This document shows, in pieces, positions 29,769-39,087 of a stretch of DNA of 64,000 bases. Under the pieces are notes generated by a model. It did no database searches. It worked only from the letters and a program-made list of their open reading frames with translations, and had not been told where the DNA came from. Source of the stretch: an uncultured Chlamydiales bacterium. GTDB lineage: Bacteria > Chlamydiota > Chlamydiia > Chlamydiales > JAAKFR01. The stretch covers positions 811,757 to 875,756 of the forward strand of contig OY969414.1 of assembly GCA_963699155.1 (NCBI GenBank), read 5' to 3'. The position numbers and the translations under genes were made by a program. Position 1 is the stretch's first letter; each line of letters opens with the position of its first letter.

Positions 29769-30293
29769 TTGTTAAAATCTCTTTTTTTCATATTCTTTTT
29801 TCTCTCTTCTTCTCTGTTTGCAAGATCAAACGTTGAATATTCAGGAGATATTTTGCAGTGGGCTCTGCCTGCGGCAACTTTTGGAGTGACATTGATTAAA
29901 AATGATTGGCGAGGCTCCCTGCAAGATATAGCCACTATTGGTACGACACGCGGTACTGTCTGGGTGCTGAAAAAAACAATAAAGAGCACAAGACCTCGTG
30001 GAAATTGTGGCAGATCCTTTCCCTCAGGGCACACAGCCGTTTGTTTTGCAGCAGCAGGATTTATCCAAAAGCGGTATGGCTGGGGATACGGAGTCCCATT
30101 TTTAGCAGCAGCAAGCTATGTAGGCTTTACTCGCTTGCATGCCAAAGCCCACTGGTTCCGGGATGTGGTGGCAGGAGCGGCAATTGGCTGGATTTATAGC
30201 CGGATCTTTGTGACACCCTTCTGCCCAAGGCTTTCTCTTGATTTACAAATGACCTCTGATTCCGCTACTCTTTGCGCACACTGTCAATTTTAA
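29769..30293 (+). CDS. PAP2-family phosphatase (lipid A phosphatase-like)
   Basis: K..TRP, SFPSGH, R..AHWFRD; signal-like N-terminus from TTG 29769. Confidence 0.8.
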   Translation: MLKSLFFIFFFLSSSLFARSNVEYSGDILQWALPAATFGVTLIKNDWRGSLQDIATIGTTRGTVWVLKKTIKSTRPRGNCGRSFPSGHTAVCFAAAGFIQKRYGWGYGVPFLAAASYVGFTRLHAKAHWFRDVVAGAAIGWIYSRIFVTPFCPRLSLDLQMTSDSATLCAHCQF

Positions 30294-30302
30294 AGGAACA
30301 CT

Positions 30303-30953
30303 ATGACTAAACTTTCATGGATTGTGATGGCCTGCCTTTTCTTCTCTCTTCCCTGTTATGCGCACTCAGTATGGTCCATTGAGGGGGCGCTCGGAGGGAT
30401 CTATAATTTTCCAATCCCCTTAAATATCTCACAAGATGGCTATCCTGATATTGACCTCACTGCGCGCTATGAAACACGCCCCTTTAAGCTTCCGCCTTAC
30501 TATATGCTTCGCGTTGGCAGATGGAAAAATTGCAAAGCCTTTGAGGTAGAATTTACCCACCATAAACTTTATCTGATCAACAACCCCCCGAGCGTCAAAA
30601 GATTTACCATCACAAATGGTTATAACTTGCTGACATTCAATTATGCTCATTTATTAAAATATGATTTTATCTTCCGTTTTGGCTTAGGGATCACAATTAC
30701 TCATCCAGAATCGAGGATTCGAGACTTAAAATTTAATGAAAAGGGGGGCACCCTAAACAATCGGGGATATTATGTGTCGGGCCCTATGGCAATGCTTTCC
30801 TTAGGAAGGCGTTTTTATCTATGTAAGAGGCTCTTCTTTCAGCTTGAGGGCAAGCTGACAGCTGCTATCGCCGATGTAAGAATAGCTAGGGGTCATGCTT
30901 TCGCCCCTAACGTGGCCCTCCATGGCTTATGCGGAATTGGAATAGATCTTTGA
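30303..30953 (+). CDS. Putative outer-membrane beta-barrel protein
   Basis: Signal peptide, amphipathic strands, terminal strand GLCGIGIDL. Confidence 0.6.
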   Translation: MTKLSWIVMACLFFSLPCYAHSVWSIEGALGGIYNFPIPLNISQDGYPDIDLTARYETRPFKLPPYYMLRVGRWKNCKAFEVEFTHHKLYLINNPPSVKRFTITNGYNLLTFNYAHLLKYDFIFRFGLGITITHPESRIRDLKFNEKGGTLNNRGYYVSGPMAMLSLGRRFYLCKRLFFQLEGKLTAAIADVRIARGHAFAPNVALHGLCGIGIDL

Positions 30954-30964
30954 CACATGAGCTA

Positions 30965-31390
30965 TCAAGTCCGGCCTCCTTTTTCGCCAGAAGCTCGGGG
31001 AAAATATTCAGAAGTAGCAAGGTGGTGGCGAGAAAGCAGAATCTCTTCAATATAAGCATTTAAGCTGCAGTCTTTCATGGCAGCTTCAAGGGAGAGTTCT
31101 CTATGTAAATCAGGAGTAATGCGGAGGTTAAACTTCCCCGAATAGGGTTTTTCAGGATCCTCACCCTGCTCTTCGCAAAAAGTAAGGTAATCCTCAATGG
31201 ACTCTTCAAATGCCGCACAAAGAGCTTGTGGAGTGACACCTTCATAAGTAATCACATCACGCGTGCCAATCACGCTGCCGTGAAGGACATTACTTTCAAA
31301 GTCTAGTTCTATCGAACCGAGATAACCCTTGTAGGGGCCAACTGTATATGGACTTGTTGGCTCTATTTTTTTTATTTTCTTTTTACTCAT
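30965..31390 (-). CDS. hicB: HicB antitoxin
   Basis: YKGYLGSI, DVITYEG, YSGKFNLRI RHH domain. Confidence 0.92.
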   Translation of the reverse strand: MSKKKIKKIEPTSPYTVGPYKGYLGSIELDFESNVLHGSVIGTRDVITYEGVTPQALCAAFEESIEDYLTFCEEQGEDPEKPYSGKFNLRITPDLHRELSLEAAMKDCSLNAYIEEILLSRHHLATSEYFPRASGEKGGRT

Positions 31391-31640
31391 CTGTAATCCC
31401 CACCTCTTCTAAAAATTTACGCACATTCTCCACAGCATACTTTTTTGCTATTGGCTTTGGGTGCGGCCTATGAAAGACGGCCATTCTTTCTCTAAATTTT
31501 ATCCGGACACGCGATCCATTCCCCTCTTTAATCTGAGCGCCGAGATAAGTCAAAAGAGACTCAATTTCATTCCAGCGAATATCTCCTCTGGTTGGCGTCT
31601 CAAATATGTGTTTTAGCGTTTTCTCTTGGCGCGAGTTCAT
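31383..31640 (-). CDS. hicA: HicA toxin
   Basis: W.EIESLL..LGA, GSRVR, FHRPHP; ATG 31640. Confidence 0.92.
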   Translation of the reverse strand: MNSRQEKTLKHIFETPTRGDIRWNEIESLLTYLGAQIKEGNGSRVRIKFRERMAVFHRPHPKPIAKKYAVENVRKFLEEVGITDE

Positions 31641-31648
31641 TAGCTTCA

Positions 31649-31671
31649 ATAGTACCACAAAGTGGTATTAT
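31649..31671. promoter_or_regulatory. Putative HicB operator overlapping the -10 box
   Basis: ATAGTACCAC-AAA-GTGGTATTAT, 9/10 palindrome. Confidence 0.6.
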
Positions 31672-31680
31672 CTGGAAATG

Positions 31681-33462
31681 TTATCTGAGTAAAAGGGGTT
31701 TGAGGGAGGCGAGGAGGGCGGAGGCGCGGGTGTCGCAGGCGGTGATGGCCTTCTGGAGGGCGTGGAGGTCGCTATGGTGGTGTTTGTCGACCACGGAGCA
31801 GTAGAGTTTGATTTTGGGTTCGGTGCCGGAGGGGCGGATGACGAGTTTGGTGCCATCAGCAAGCCAGAGGCGGAGGACGTCGGAATGGGGGAGAAGGAGC
31901 GGCTCTTTGTGGCCCGATTCGAGGTGGAGGGTGGTGCGGTTGAGGTAATCTTCAATTGTGACGACCTGTTTGCCATCGATCTGCTGGAGAGGTTGCGTGC
32001 GCAAGTTGTGCATCATCTGGGCCATCTTGTCGGCTCCCTCTTTACCCTCAAAGTTGAGTGAGAGCAGCTTTTCTCTGTAGATGCCATATTTGAAATAGAT
32101 TTCGTAGAGGAGATCGACCAGGGTTTTTCCTTGGAGCTTCATCTGGAGAGCGGCTTCACAGATTGCAGCGGTAGAGACGATTGCATCTTTGTCACGGACA
32201 TGGGTGCCGATGAGATAGCCATAGCTCTCTTCTGCGCCGAGGAGGAAGTGGTGTGCAGTGACATGGGCCTTTTTCTCCTCCTCCCATTGATGGATCTTTT
32301 CACCGATATACTTAAAGCCCGTGAGGACATCGAGGCAGCCCACTTGGTAGTGGTCAGCGATGGGGCGTATTAGCTCTGTGGTGACGATCGTTTTGATGCA
32401 GACGGGCTTAGGAGGCATCGATAGGGACTGGCGCAGAGAGCGGCAGAGATGTTCGAGCAGTAGACAGGCCACTTGATTGCCATCAAAAAAGAAGGGCTTG
32501 CCCTCATGCATGACAACGACACCCATGCGGTCGGTGTCGGGATCGGTGCCGATCAAAATATCGCCCGAGACCGCCTTGAGCCTCTCCACACCCATCGTGA
32601 GCGTCTCATGATATTCAGGATTGGGCGATTTGACTGTGGGAAAATCGCCATCAGGTGTCGCCTGCTCTTCGATGATGGTGAGATTGGTGAAACCCCACTC
32701 CTTCAGACAGGGGGGAATCATGGTGATGCCGCCGCCATGCAAGCTGGTATAGACCACCTTTAACTCTTTTCCATGCGTCTGATCATCCCCTGGATGGAGC
32801 TGACAGGGGCGTAGGGCCTTGAGATAGGCGGCATCGATCTCCTCTTCCACTTCATGGATCAGCGGGTTGGGAAAAGAGCTGGTTTTGACCATGCTGTTGG
32901 AGGTTATGCGGTTCACCTCTTCGATGATCGCCTGATCGTGCGGAGGGAGAACCTGGCCGCCATAAGACCAGTAGACTTTATACCCATTATATTCAGGGGG
33001 ATTGTGGGAGGCAGTGACCATCACACCGGCCATGCACTTTTTATAAAGCACTCCAAAGGAGATGAGGGCGACTGGGCGCAAATGTTTGCAGAGAAAGACC
33101 TCGATCCCATTTGCTGCCAGTACTTTTGCTGTTTCGATGGCAAATTCGTGAGAATGGTGGCGGCAGTCAAAGCCGATAAAAACGCTCTTTTTACCTGCTT
33201 CAGCAGGCTGTTTGTTGATGTGGTTGGCAAGCCCCTGTGTCGCAGCACCGACCGTATAAAAATTCATCCGGTTGCTGCCCACTCCCATGATGCCGCGTAA
33301 GCCCCCCGTTCCGAAGGAGAGCGTTTTGTAGAAGGCGTTGACCAGCTCCTCAGGATTCTCTTTCTGCAATCGGCGGATCGCATTTTTTGTCTCAGCGTCG
33401 TAGTCACCCTGGAGCCAAGCATCGATATTTTTTTGGGTCTGAGAGTCGATTGCGGTTGCCAT
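31681..33462 (-). CDS. Phosphoglucomutase/phosphomannomutase
   Basis: FGTGGLRG, TASHNP, DPDTDR, RPSGTEPKIK. Confidence 0.95.
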   Translation of the reverse strand: MATAIDSQTQKNIDAWLQGDYDAETKNAIRRLQKENPEELVNAFYKTLSFGTGGLRGIMGVGSNRMNFYTVGAATQGLANHINKQPAEAGKKSVFIGFDCRHHSHEFAIETAKVLAANGIEVFLCKHLRPVALISFGVLYKKCMAGVMVTASHNPPEYNGYKVYWSYGGQVLPPHDQAIIEEVNRITSNSMVKTSSFPNPLIHEVEEEIDAAYLKALRPCQLHPGDDQTHGKELKVVYTSLHGGGITMIPPCLKEWGFTNLTIIEEQATPDGDFPTVKSPNPEYHETLTMGVERLKAVSGDILIGTDPDTDRMGVVVMHEGKPFFFDGNQVACLLLEHLCRSLRQSLSMPPKPVCIKTIVTTELIRPIADHYQVGCLDVLTGFKYIGEKIHQWEEEKKAHVTAHHFLLGAEESYGYLIGTHVRDKDAIVSTAAICEAALQMKLQGKTLVDLLYEIYFKYGIYREKLLSLNFEGKEGADKMAQMMHNLRTQPLQQIDGKQVVTIEDYLNRTTLHLESGHKEPLLLPHSDVLRLWLADGTKLVIRPSGTEPKIKLYCSVVDKHHHSDLHALQKAITACDTRASALLASLKPLLLR

Positions 33463-34203
33463 TCAATCCTGCCTTTTTTCCTCACCATACTTTTCGAGAA
33501 GATTGTCGGCAAGAGGATGAAAGAAGGGGTCTTGTGATTGCTGGAAGGCAAAAGGGATTCCCTCTTCAGAGCCGAGGTTGATGCCTTCGTGCAGGGGGAT
33601 GGCGCCTAAAAAAGGAATCTTGAGTTGGGCTGCATAAGTTGCCCCACGACTCTTTCCGAAAGGGTAACCAACCATATTTTCGATCAGACCAGAAAGGGGG
33701 ATCTGGAGAAGTTGGAAGGCATGGGCTGCTTTGGCCACATCAAGAAAGGCCACCTGTTGAGGTGTAGTGATTAGCAGGCTACCATCGATGGCAAGCAACT
33801 TCGACAAGGAGAGCGGCACATCGCCCGTCCCTGGTGGAAGATCGACGAAGAGGTAGTCGAGCTCGGGCCAAGCGACCTGCTGGATGAGCCGATTCAACAT
33901 CGCATGGAGCATCGGCCCTCTCCAGACGATGGCACGCGCCTCTTCCAAAAAGAAGCCCAGAGAAATGAGAGAGAGACCAAACTTAGAAAAAGGAGTCACC
34001 TGATTGTCACCGATTCGGGGCGGAGAAAGATTCCTGAGTCCCGCCAGAATAGGCAAAGAAGGGCCATAAAGATCGGCATCGAGAAGAGCGACCTGAAAAC
34101 CTTTTTTGCTGAGAGCGATTGCGAGATTGAGAGCGACGGTCGATTTCCCCACGCCCCCCTTTCCCGCGCCGACTAAAAAGGTCTGTTTAGCGAGCCGTTT
34201 CAT
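33463..34203 (-). CDS. Mrp/ApbC P-loop NTPase (Fe-S carrier-like)
   Basis: GKGGVGKST, DADLYGPS, WRGPM, DLPPGTGD, ENM. Confidence 0.88.
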   Translation of the reverse strand: MKRLAKQTFLVGAGKGGVGKSTVALNLAIALSKKGFQVALLDADLYGPSLPILAGLRNLSPPRIGDNQVTPFSKFGLSLISLGFFLEEARAIVWRGPMLHAMLNRLIQQVAWPELDYLFVDLPPGTGDVPLSLSKLLAIDGSLLITTPQQVAFLDVAKAAHAFQLLQIPLSGLIENMVGYPFGKSRGATYAAQLKIPFLGAIPLHEGINLGSEEGIPFAFQQSQDPFFHPLADNLLEKYGEEKRQD

Positions 34204-34621
34204 GCCTTTTGAGTTGGATCAGTTGTTGTGCCTCGATCTCTTCCAATGCAATAAGCGGAGCATCGGGCTGGATGCCTTCACAGGTGCGGGCTGTCTCTCG
34301 CCATGCCTCTTCCGAATGGAGATTTTGAGGCCACCAAGGGTAGGTCCGGCATTGTGTCGGGCGTGCGCCATAGACTTGACATTTTTTATCTTTGAGAAAG
34401 ACACAGTCGAAGCTGTCACGCGACTCGATGAGAGAATACCTTTGACCCACACGCCGAACAAATTTGCGCATGAACTCTTTCAGAGGCTGTTTGAGAAAGT
34501 CGGCCATCGCTTCCATCTCAGCTTCATCGACCCAGACATAGCCGGGAGAGCCGGTACAGCATTTGCCACAGCCGGTGCATTCGAAGCGAAGACCCTCTCG
34601 ATACCACTCACTCTTTTTCAT
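34187..34621 (-). CDS. YkgJ-family CxxCxxCC protein
   Basis: CTGCGKCC, CVFL, CQVY..RPTQCRTYPWW; start ATG 34621. Confidence 0.88.
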   Translation of the reverse strand: MKKSEWYREGLRFECTGCGKCCTGSPGYVWVDEAEMEAMADFLKQPLKEFMRKFVRRVGQRYSLIESRDSFDCVFLKDKKCQVYGARPTQCRTYPWWPQNLHSEEAWRETARTCEGIQPDAPLIALEEIEAQQLIQLKRHETAR

Positions 34622-34718
34622 CACGTCGACTCCGGATATCCCGCACACCGGCCACAACGAAGAGAGCGAGGAAAAAAATGCAGATGATAAAGATAACGAT
34701 CGCTTCTCGGTCAATCAT
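34608..34718 (-). CDS. Small single-pass membrane protein, 36 aa
   Basis: MIDREAIVIFIICIFFLALFVVAGVRDIRSRRDEKE; overlaps both neighbours; not in ORF track. Confidence 0.6.
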   Translation of the reverse strand: MIDREAIVIFIICIFFLALFVVAGVRDIRSRRDEKE

Positions 34719-35178
34719 GGCTCACCACGGGGTGGATCGATTCAGGAAGGTGTTTCGCTGAGAAAACGAGAAGAAAATAGTTTCCATTGGGATCGAGTTT
34801 CACTGAAGAGGGTAACTCTGTTTTAAAAAAAATCGCACGCTGAGAGGCCAAGTCGAGGAGAAGGCCGCAACTTTCCTCATAGATTCTTGGAATATTTTCT
34901 GGCCTCTTTGACCAAAAATAGTCTGAAGCGATCCGGAGAGGTTTTTTATGGAGCAGCTCAACGGCGATCTGCCCCCATCCCAGTTTTCGTGCTAAATTGG
35001 CTACGATGGGGGCACTTCTGAAAATATTTTCTTCAGGATAGCCAGGGCTTTTTGATGCCACTTTTCGAATTTCAGCTATCAAACAGTCCGACTCCTCCTC
35101 TGAAATGAGACCTTCCAATTCGAGATAGCCATTGAGTTGAAAAAATTTGAGCTGTTCAGGTGAGACGGAAAGGCGCAT
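34711..35178 (-). CDS. Chlamydial protein with PhyH-like N-terminus (CT296-like by position)
   Basis: Q..FF..NGYLELEGLIS; location near rnc and pgm. Confidence 0.6.
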   Translation of the reverse strand: MRLSVSPEQLKFFQLNGYLELEGLISEEESDCLIAEIRKVASKSPGYPEENIFRSAPIVANLARKLGWGQIAVELLHKKPLRIASDYFWSKRPENIPRIYEESCGLLLDLASQRAIFFKTELPSSVKLDPNGNYFLLVFSAKHLPESIHPVVSHD

Positions 35179-35190
35179 GAAAATAGTCTA

Positions 35191-35526
35191 CTATTCGAGA
35201 GGGATAGAGGGCAAGGGAGTATTAACGCCCTCTTTCACCTCGATCACCATGATCTCGATCGGCTCTCCACTTTCATTGATATCTCCGTGGAAGCCTTGAG
35301 GAGCATCTGCTTCTAGCCAATAAGCCTTGTGGGTTTCAAATTTGAGATCGGAAAGGGATCCGTCAGTATCGATCCTTTTCAATTTTCCCCCTTTCAGGCC
35401 AACCACAACCCTTCCGGCATCGTGGCGATGAAATTCTAAGGGTTCTCCTGGGGCAATGATCGTCTTCCAGACCCGCACGGTTTCATTTTCAAATTGAAGT
35501 TCTCGATAAGTTTTGAGTTTTTTCAT
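35191..35526 (-). CDS. Cupin-domain protein
   Basis: FENETVRVW, PGE..FHRH, HGDINE..IEVK. Confidence 0.75.
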   Translation of the reverse strand: MKKLKTYRELQFENETVRVWKTIIAPGEPLEFHRHDAGRVVVGLKGGKLKRIDTDGSLSDLKFETHKAYWLEADAPQGFHGDINESGEPIEIMVIEVKEGVNTPLPSIPLE

Positions 35527-35566
35527 AAGGGTCAACTATCATTCAGCAGAAAACTCACAGTAAACC

Positions 35567-36262
35567 ATGGATGATTTTTTTAAACCCGAAATCGTCGAGA
35601 AGCAGATTAAAAGAAAGTTTCAGGATCGAGGGTGGCTATTTCTTGCCTTTACCCACCGCTCCTTCTGGAATGAACATCGAGAAAGCATTCGAGACCACAA
35701 CGAGAGACTCGAGTTCTTAGGAGATTCCGTGTTAGGACTCATTGTCTCTGACTATCTTTTTTCCAAACATCCTGAACTCGATGAGGGTTCGCTCTCCACT
35801 CTCCGCTCTCAGCTGGTCGATGCGCCTGCCTGCGCCTGCTACGTCCAAAAACTGGGCATCGAAAATTTTTTGCTCCTGGGAAGAGGAGAGCAGATGAATC
35901 GCGGAAAAGGGCGCGACTCGATTTTAGCTGATCTCTTTGAAGCTTTGATCGGCGCTCTCTACCTGGACCAAGGGCTTGAGGGAGCGCGCTCATTTTTCTT
36001 TTCCCATTTTGAGGAAGAGGTCTTGGCGATGGTGGCCAAACCGCACCGCAATTGGAAAGCTGAGCTACAAGATTATGTCCAAAAAAACTATCAGCAGACC
36101 CCCACCTATGTTGTCCTCGAAGAATTGGGACCGGCTCACAAGAAAAAATTTCGCGTCGGCGTCTGGGTGAATGAGGAGAAGTGGGGAGAGGGCGAAGGTT
36201 CCTCAAAAAAAGAGGGACAGACGGAAGCGGCCAAAAATGCCTTATTAAGCAGGGAATCATGA
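35567..36262 (+). CDS. rnc: Ribonuclease III
   Basis: NERLEFLGDSVLG, ADLFEALIGA, dsRBD. Confidence 0.96.
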   Translation: MDDFFKPEIVEKQIKRKFQDRGWLFLAFTHRSFWNEHRESIRDHNERLEFLGDSVLGLIVSDYLFSKHPELDEGSLSTLRSQLVDAPACACYVQKLGIENFLLLGRGEQMNRGKGRDSILADLFEALIGALYLDQGLEGARSFFFSHFEEEVLAMVAKPHRNWKAELQDYVQKNYQQTPTYVVLEELGPAHKKKFRVGVWVNEEKWGEGEGSSKKEGQTEAAKNALLSRES

Positions 36263-37614
36263 AGGGAACAAAGCAGAAAACGGTCTGGTGTTGCGCCGAG
36301 TGTGGCCATTCTCAAAATAAGTGGGCAGGGCAGTGTCCGCAGTGCAGTCAGTGGAATACTCTACATGAAGAGGTGGCGCTCGATAAGGTGCCAAGCCGTT
36401 TTTCGGTGACAGCTCCCTCGAAGCCGGTCCGCATCCATGAAGTAGAGCTCGAAAAGACACCCCGTGTCAAAACAGGGATGGAAGAATTGGATCGCCTTTT
36501 AGGAGGTGGGATTGTGCCAGGCTCTCTCACCCTTGTCGGTGGTGATCCAGGGATCGGAAAGTCGACACTCCTACTTCAAGCCTCCCATGCTATTGCCAAG
36601 CAGGGTCTCATCGTTCTCTATGTCTGTGGCGAGGAATCGGTCGCACAAACCTCCATGAGGGCAAAACGGATCAACGTCTCCCACGAAAATCTGCTCCTCC
36701 TTTCAGAGACCAATCTCGCTTTGATCAAAAACCAGATTGAACAGCTTTCTCCAGATGTCGTCATCATCGATTCGATCCAGATTATCTACAAAAGCGAAAT
36801 CCCTTCAGCGCCCGGTTCAGTCTCTCAGGTCAGGGAGTCGGCGACCGAGCTCATGCATCTGGCAAAGGGCAAAGGGATCTCCATCTTTCTCATCGGCCAT
36901 GTGACCAAATCGGGAGAGATTGCAGGTCCCCGCGTCCTCGAACACCTCGTCGATACGGTGCTCTATTTTGAGGGGGACCGGCAACATAATTTTCGGCTCA
37001 TGCGCGTCGTCAAAAACCGCTTTGGCTCTTCCGACGAAATTGCCGTCTTCAAAATGGAGGAGAGAGGACTTTCTGAGGTTTCCAATCCTTCAGAGATTTT
37101 CCTTGAAGAGCGGACACGCGAAAGCTCAGGTTCAGTGATCATTCCGACCGTCGAAGGATCGCGTCCCATCCTTGTCGAAGTCCAGGCGCTCGTGACAGAT
37201 ACTGTCTATGCGACTCCCTCGCGCAGATCAGCAGGAATCGATCCCAATCGACTCGCCCTCCTTCTCGCAGTGCTAGAAAAGAGAGTGGGCTACCAGCTCC
37301 ACAATCGCGATGTTTTTGTCTCGATTGCAGGTGGCTTAAAAATTGTCGAGACTGCCATCGATCTCGGGGTCATTTTGGCAGTTGCCTCCTCCCTCACCAA
37401 CCGTCAGGTCGATGCGGACACTGTCATCATCGGCGAGGTTGGTCTTGGCGGCGAGGTCCGTAGCGTTGGTCGTATCGCTGAGCGCCTCAAAGAGGCCTCC
37501 CACATGGGCTTCAAAAGGGCTCTCATTCCCAAAAGAAATAAAGAAACTAACTTACCGATGGAGATCATTGCCATTGACCGGGTCGAGGATGCTATTAGAG
37601 CTGCAATCTCATGA
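36259..37614 (+). CDS. radA: DNA repair protein RadA/Sms
   Basis: C4 zinc finger, GDPGIGKST, KNRFG. Confidence 0.96.
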   Translation: MKGTKQKTVWCCAECGHSQNKWAGQCPQCSQWNTLHEEVALDKVPSRFSVTAPSKPVRIHEVELEKTPRVKTGMEELDRLLGGGIVPGSLTLVGGDPGIGKSTLLLQASHAIAKQGLIVLYVCGEESVAQTSMRAKRINVSHENLLLLSETNLALIKNQIEQLSPDVVIIDSIQIIYKSEIPSAPGSVSQVRESATELMHLAKGKGISIFLIGHVTKSGEIAGPRVLEHLVDTVLYFEGDRQHNFRLMRVVKNRFGSSDEIAVFKMEERGLSEVSNPSEIFLEERTRESSGSVIIPTVEGSRPILVEVQALVTDTVYATPSRRSAGIDPNRLALLLAVLEKRVGYQLHNRDVFVSIAGGLKIVETAIDLGVILAVASSLTNRQVDADTVIIGEVGLGGEVRSVGRIAERLKEASHMGFKRALIPKRNKETNLPMEIIAIDRVEDAIRAAIS

Positions 37615-38022
37615 TAAATTCAACGCAAAGACACAGAGACGCGGAGACGCAAAGAAAAAAAGCCGCTTCGCGTACCCTCCTTCTTTGTGTCTCTGCGTTT
37701 TTGCGATTCATTTTAAATTTTCAGGGAGAGATTAGGTGGAAATCATTGTCGCTGCAATCTCATGATAAATTCAACGCAAAGACGCAGAGACGCGGAGACG
37801 CAAAGAAAAAAAGCCGCTTCGCGTACCCTCCTTCTTTGCGCCTCTGCGTCTTTGCGATTCATTTTAAATTTTCAGGGAGAGATTAGGTGGAAATCATTGT
37901 CGCTGCAATCTCATGATAAATTCAACGCAAAGACGCAGAGACGCGGAGACGCAAAGAAAAAAAGCCGCTTCGCGTACCCTCCTTCTTTGCGCCTCTGCGT
38001 TTTTGCGTCTTTGCGTTGAATT
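37600..38022. repeat. ~2.8 tandem copies of a 151-bp unit containing the 104-bp palindrome
   Basis: Units begin at 37600, 37751, 37902 with GCTGCAATCTCATGATAAATTCAACGC; small differences between copies. Confidence 0.92.
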
Positions 38023-38038
38023 TCCAAGGAGGGTTTAA

Positions 38039-38686
38039 GTGGAAATTGTTGTTGGGGCGAGGAGTTCGCCATTATCAAGAAAGCAGGTGGATGAGGTCTA
38101 TGCAGAACTGAGAGCATTTGATTCTGAGATTGTGTTTAAACCGATATTTGTGGAGACGGTGGGGGATAGGGATAAGGTGACCTCATTGCGCTCTCTCGAT
38201 AAAACCGATTTTTTTACACGCGATATCGATGAGATGATGTTAGCAGGGAGGTGCCGGATGGGGATTCACTCAGCTAAGGACCTCCCTGACCCGTTGCCGA
38301 AGGGGTTGATCCTGGGTGCGCTCACGAAGGGTGTCGACTCTTCGGATGCGCTAGTGTTGCGTGAAGGGGAGCAGCTGCCTGAAAAGGGGGTTGTGGCGAC
38401 CTCTTCAGAGAGGCGGGAAGAGGCGGTGAGAGAGCTTTTTCCTAAGGCCCGTTTTGTGGACATCCGTGGCACTATTCAGGAAAGGCTAGCGAAGTTGACG
38501 AGCCATGAAGTAGATGGGGTAGTGATTGCAGAGGCGGCATTGATCAGGTTAGAGTTGACCCATCTCAACCGCCTCCGCTTACCCGGGGAGACAGCACCCT
38601 TGCAGGGGAAGTTAGCCCTGATCATCCGCGAAGATGATCAGGAGCTACGTGAGTTACTTGGCGGCTTCTGCCCCAGGAGCAGCTGA
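38039..38686 (+). CDS. hemC: Porphobilinogen deaminase (short form)
   Basis: GARSSPLS..Q, HSAKDLP, TSSERR, DIRGTIQERL. Confidence 0.88.
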   Translation: MEIVVGARSSPLSRKQVDEVYAELRAFDSEIVFKPIFVETVGDRDKVTSLRSLDKTDFFTRDIDEMMLAGRCRMGIHSAKDLPDPLPKGLILGALTKGVDSSDALVLREGEQLPEKGVVATSSERREEAVRELFPKARFVDIRGTIQERLAKLTSHEVDGVVIAEAALIRLELTHLNRLRLPGETAPLQGKLALIIREDDQELRELLGGFCPRSS

Positions 38687-39046
38687 TTCTTTTTTGGCTT
38701 CGTCTCCTCCAAATCCAAAGAGTCTTTTGATCGAGGGTGATTGGACATCGTTTTCTTTGCAATATTTGACAATGGCAACCACCATGGTGACCAGGGCAGC
38801 GATACCTCCCAGTCCGAATATGGTAAAGAAGGTTTTAGCGGCGGTCGGGTATTGCACCATCAATGCGGAGACAAAGATGAGCGAAGCGATGATTACTAGG
38901 AGGATCGCAGCGACTTGGGCTGTTTTTTCGGTGGTGATATTCTCACATTTGAAGCGGTTGGCGAGACTCTCCACACAGCCATCCCAACATTTGGGATCGA
39001 CAATGGGGGGTTTCTCAGATGTAGGTAAAGTTGAACCAGATGACAT
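38654..39046 (-). CDS. Inc-like two-TM protein
   Basis: GAGG SD, Ser/Thr-rich N-terminus, bilobed hydrophobic domain. Confidence 0.65.
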   Translation of the reverse strand: MSSGSTLPTSEKPPIVDPKCWDGCVESLANRFKCENITTEKTAQVAAILLVIIASLIFVSALMVQYPTAAKTFFTIFGLGGIAALVTMVVAIVKYCKENDVQSPSIKRLFGFGGDEAKKESAAPGAEAAK

Positions 39047-39087
39047 AAATACCTCGTGGATTCGGGTTGATTATTTAAGCAAAGATT

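Noticed and set aside
37600..38022. CRISPR array
   Set aside because: Units repeat in full with no unique spacers, the period is 151 bp and no cas genes are present
37611..38117. ORFs such as MINSTQRHRDAETQR
   Set aside because: Translations of the palindromic repeat, with no independent coding evidence
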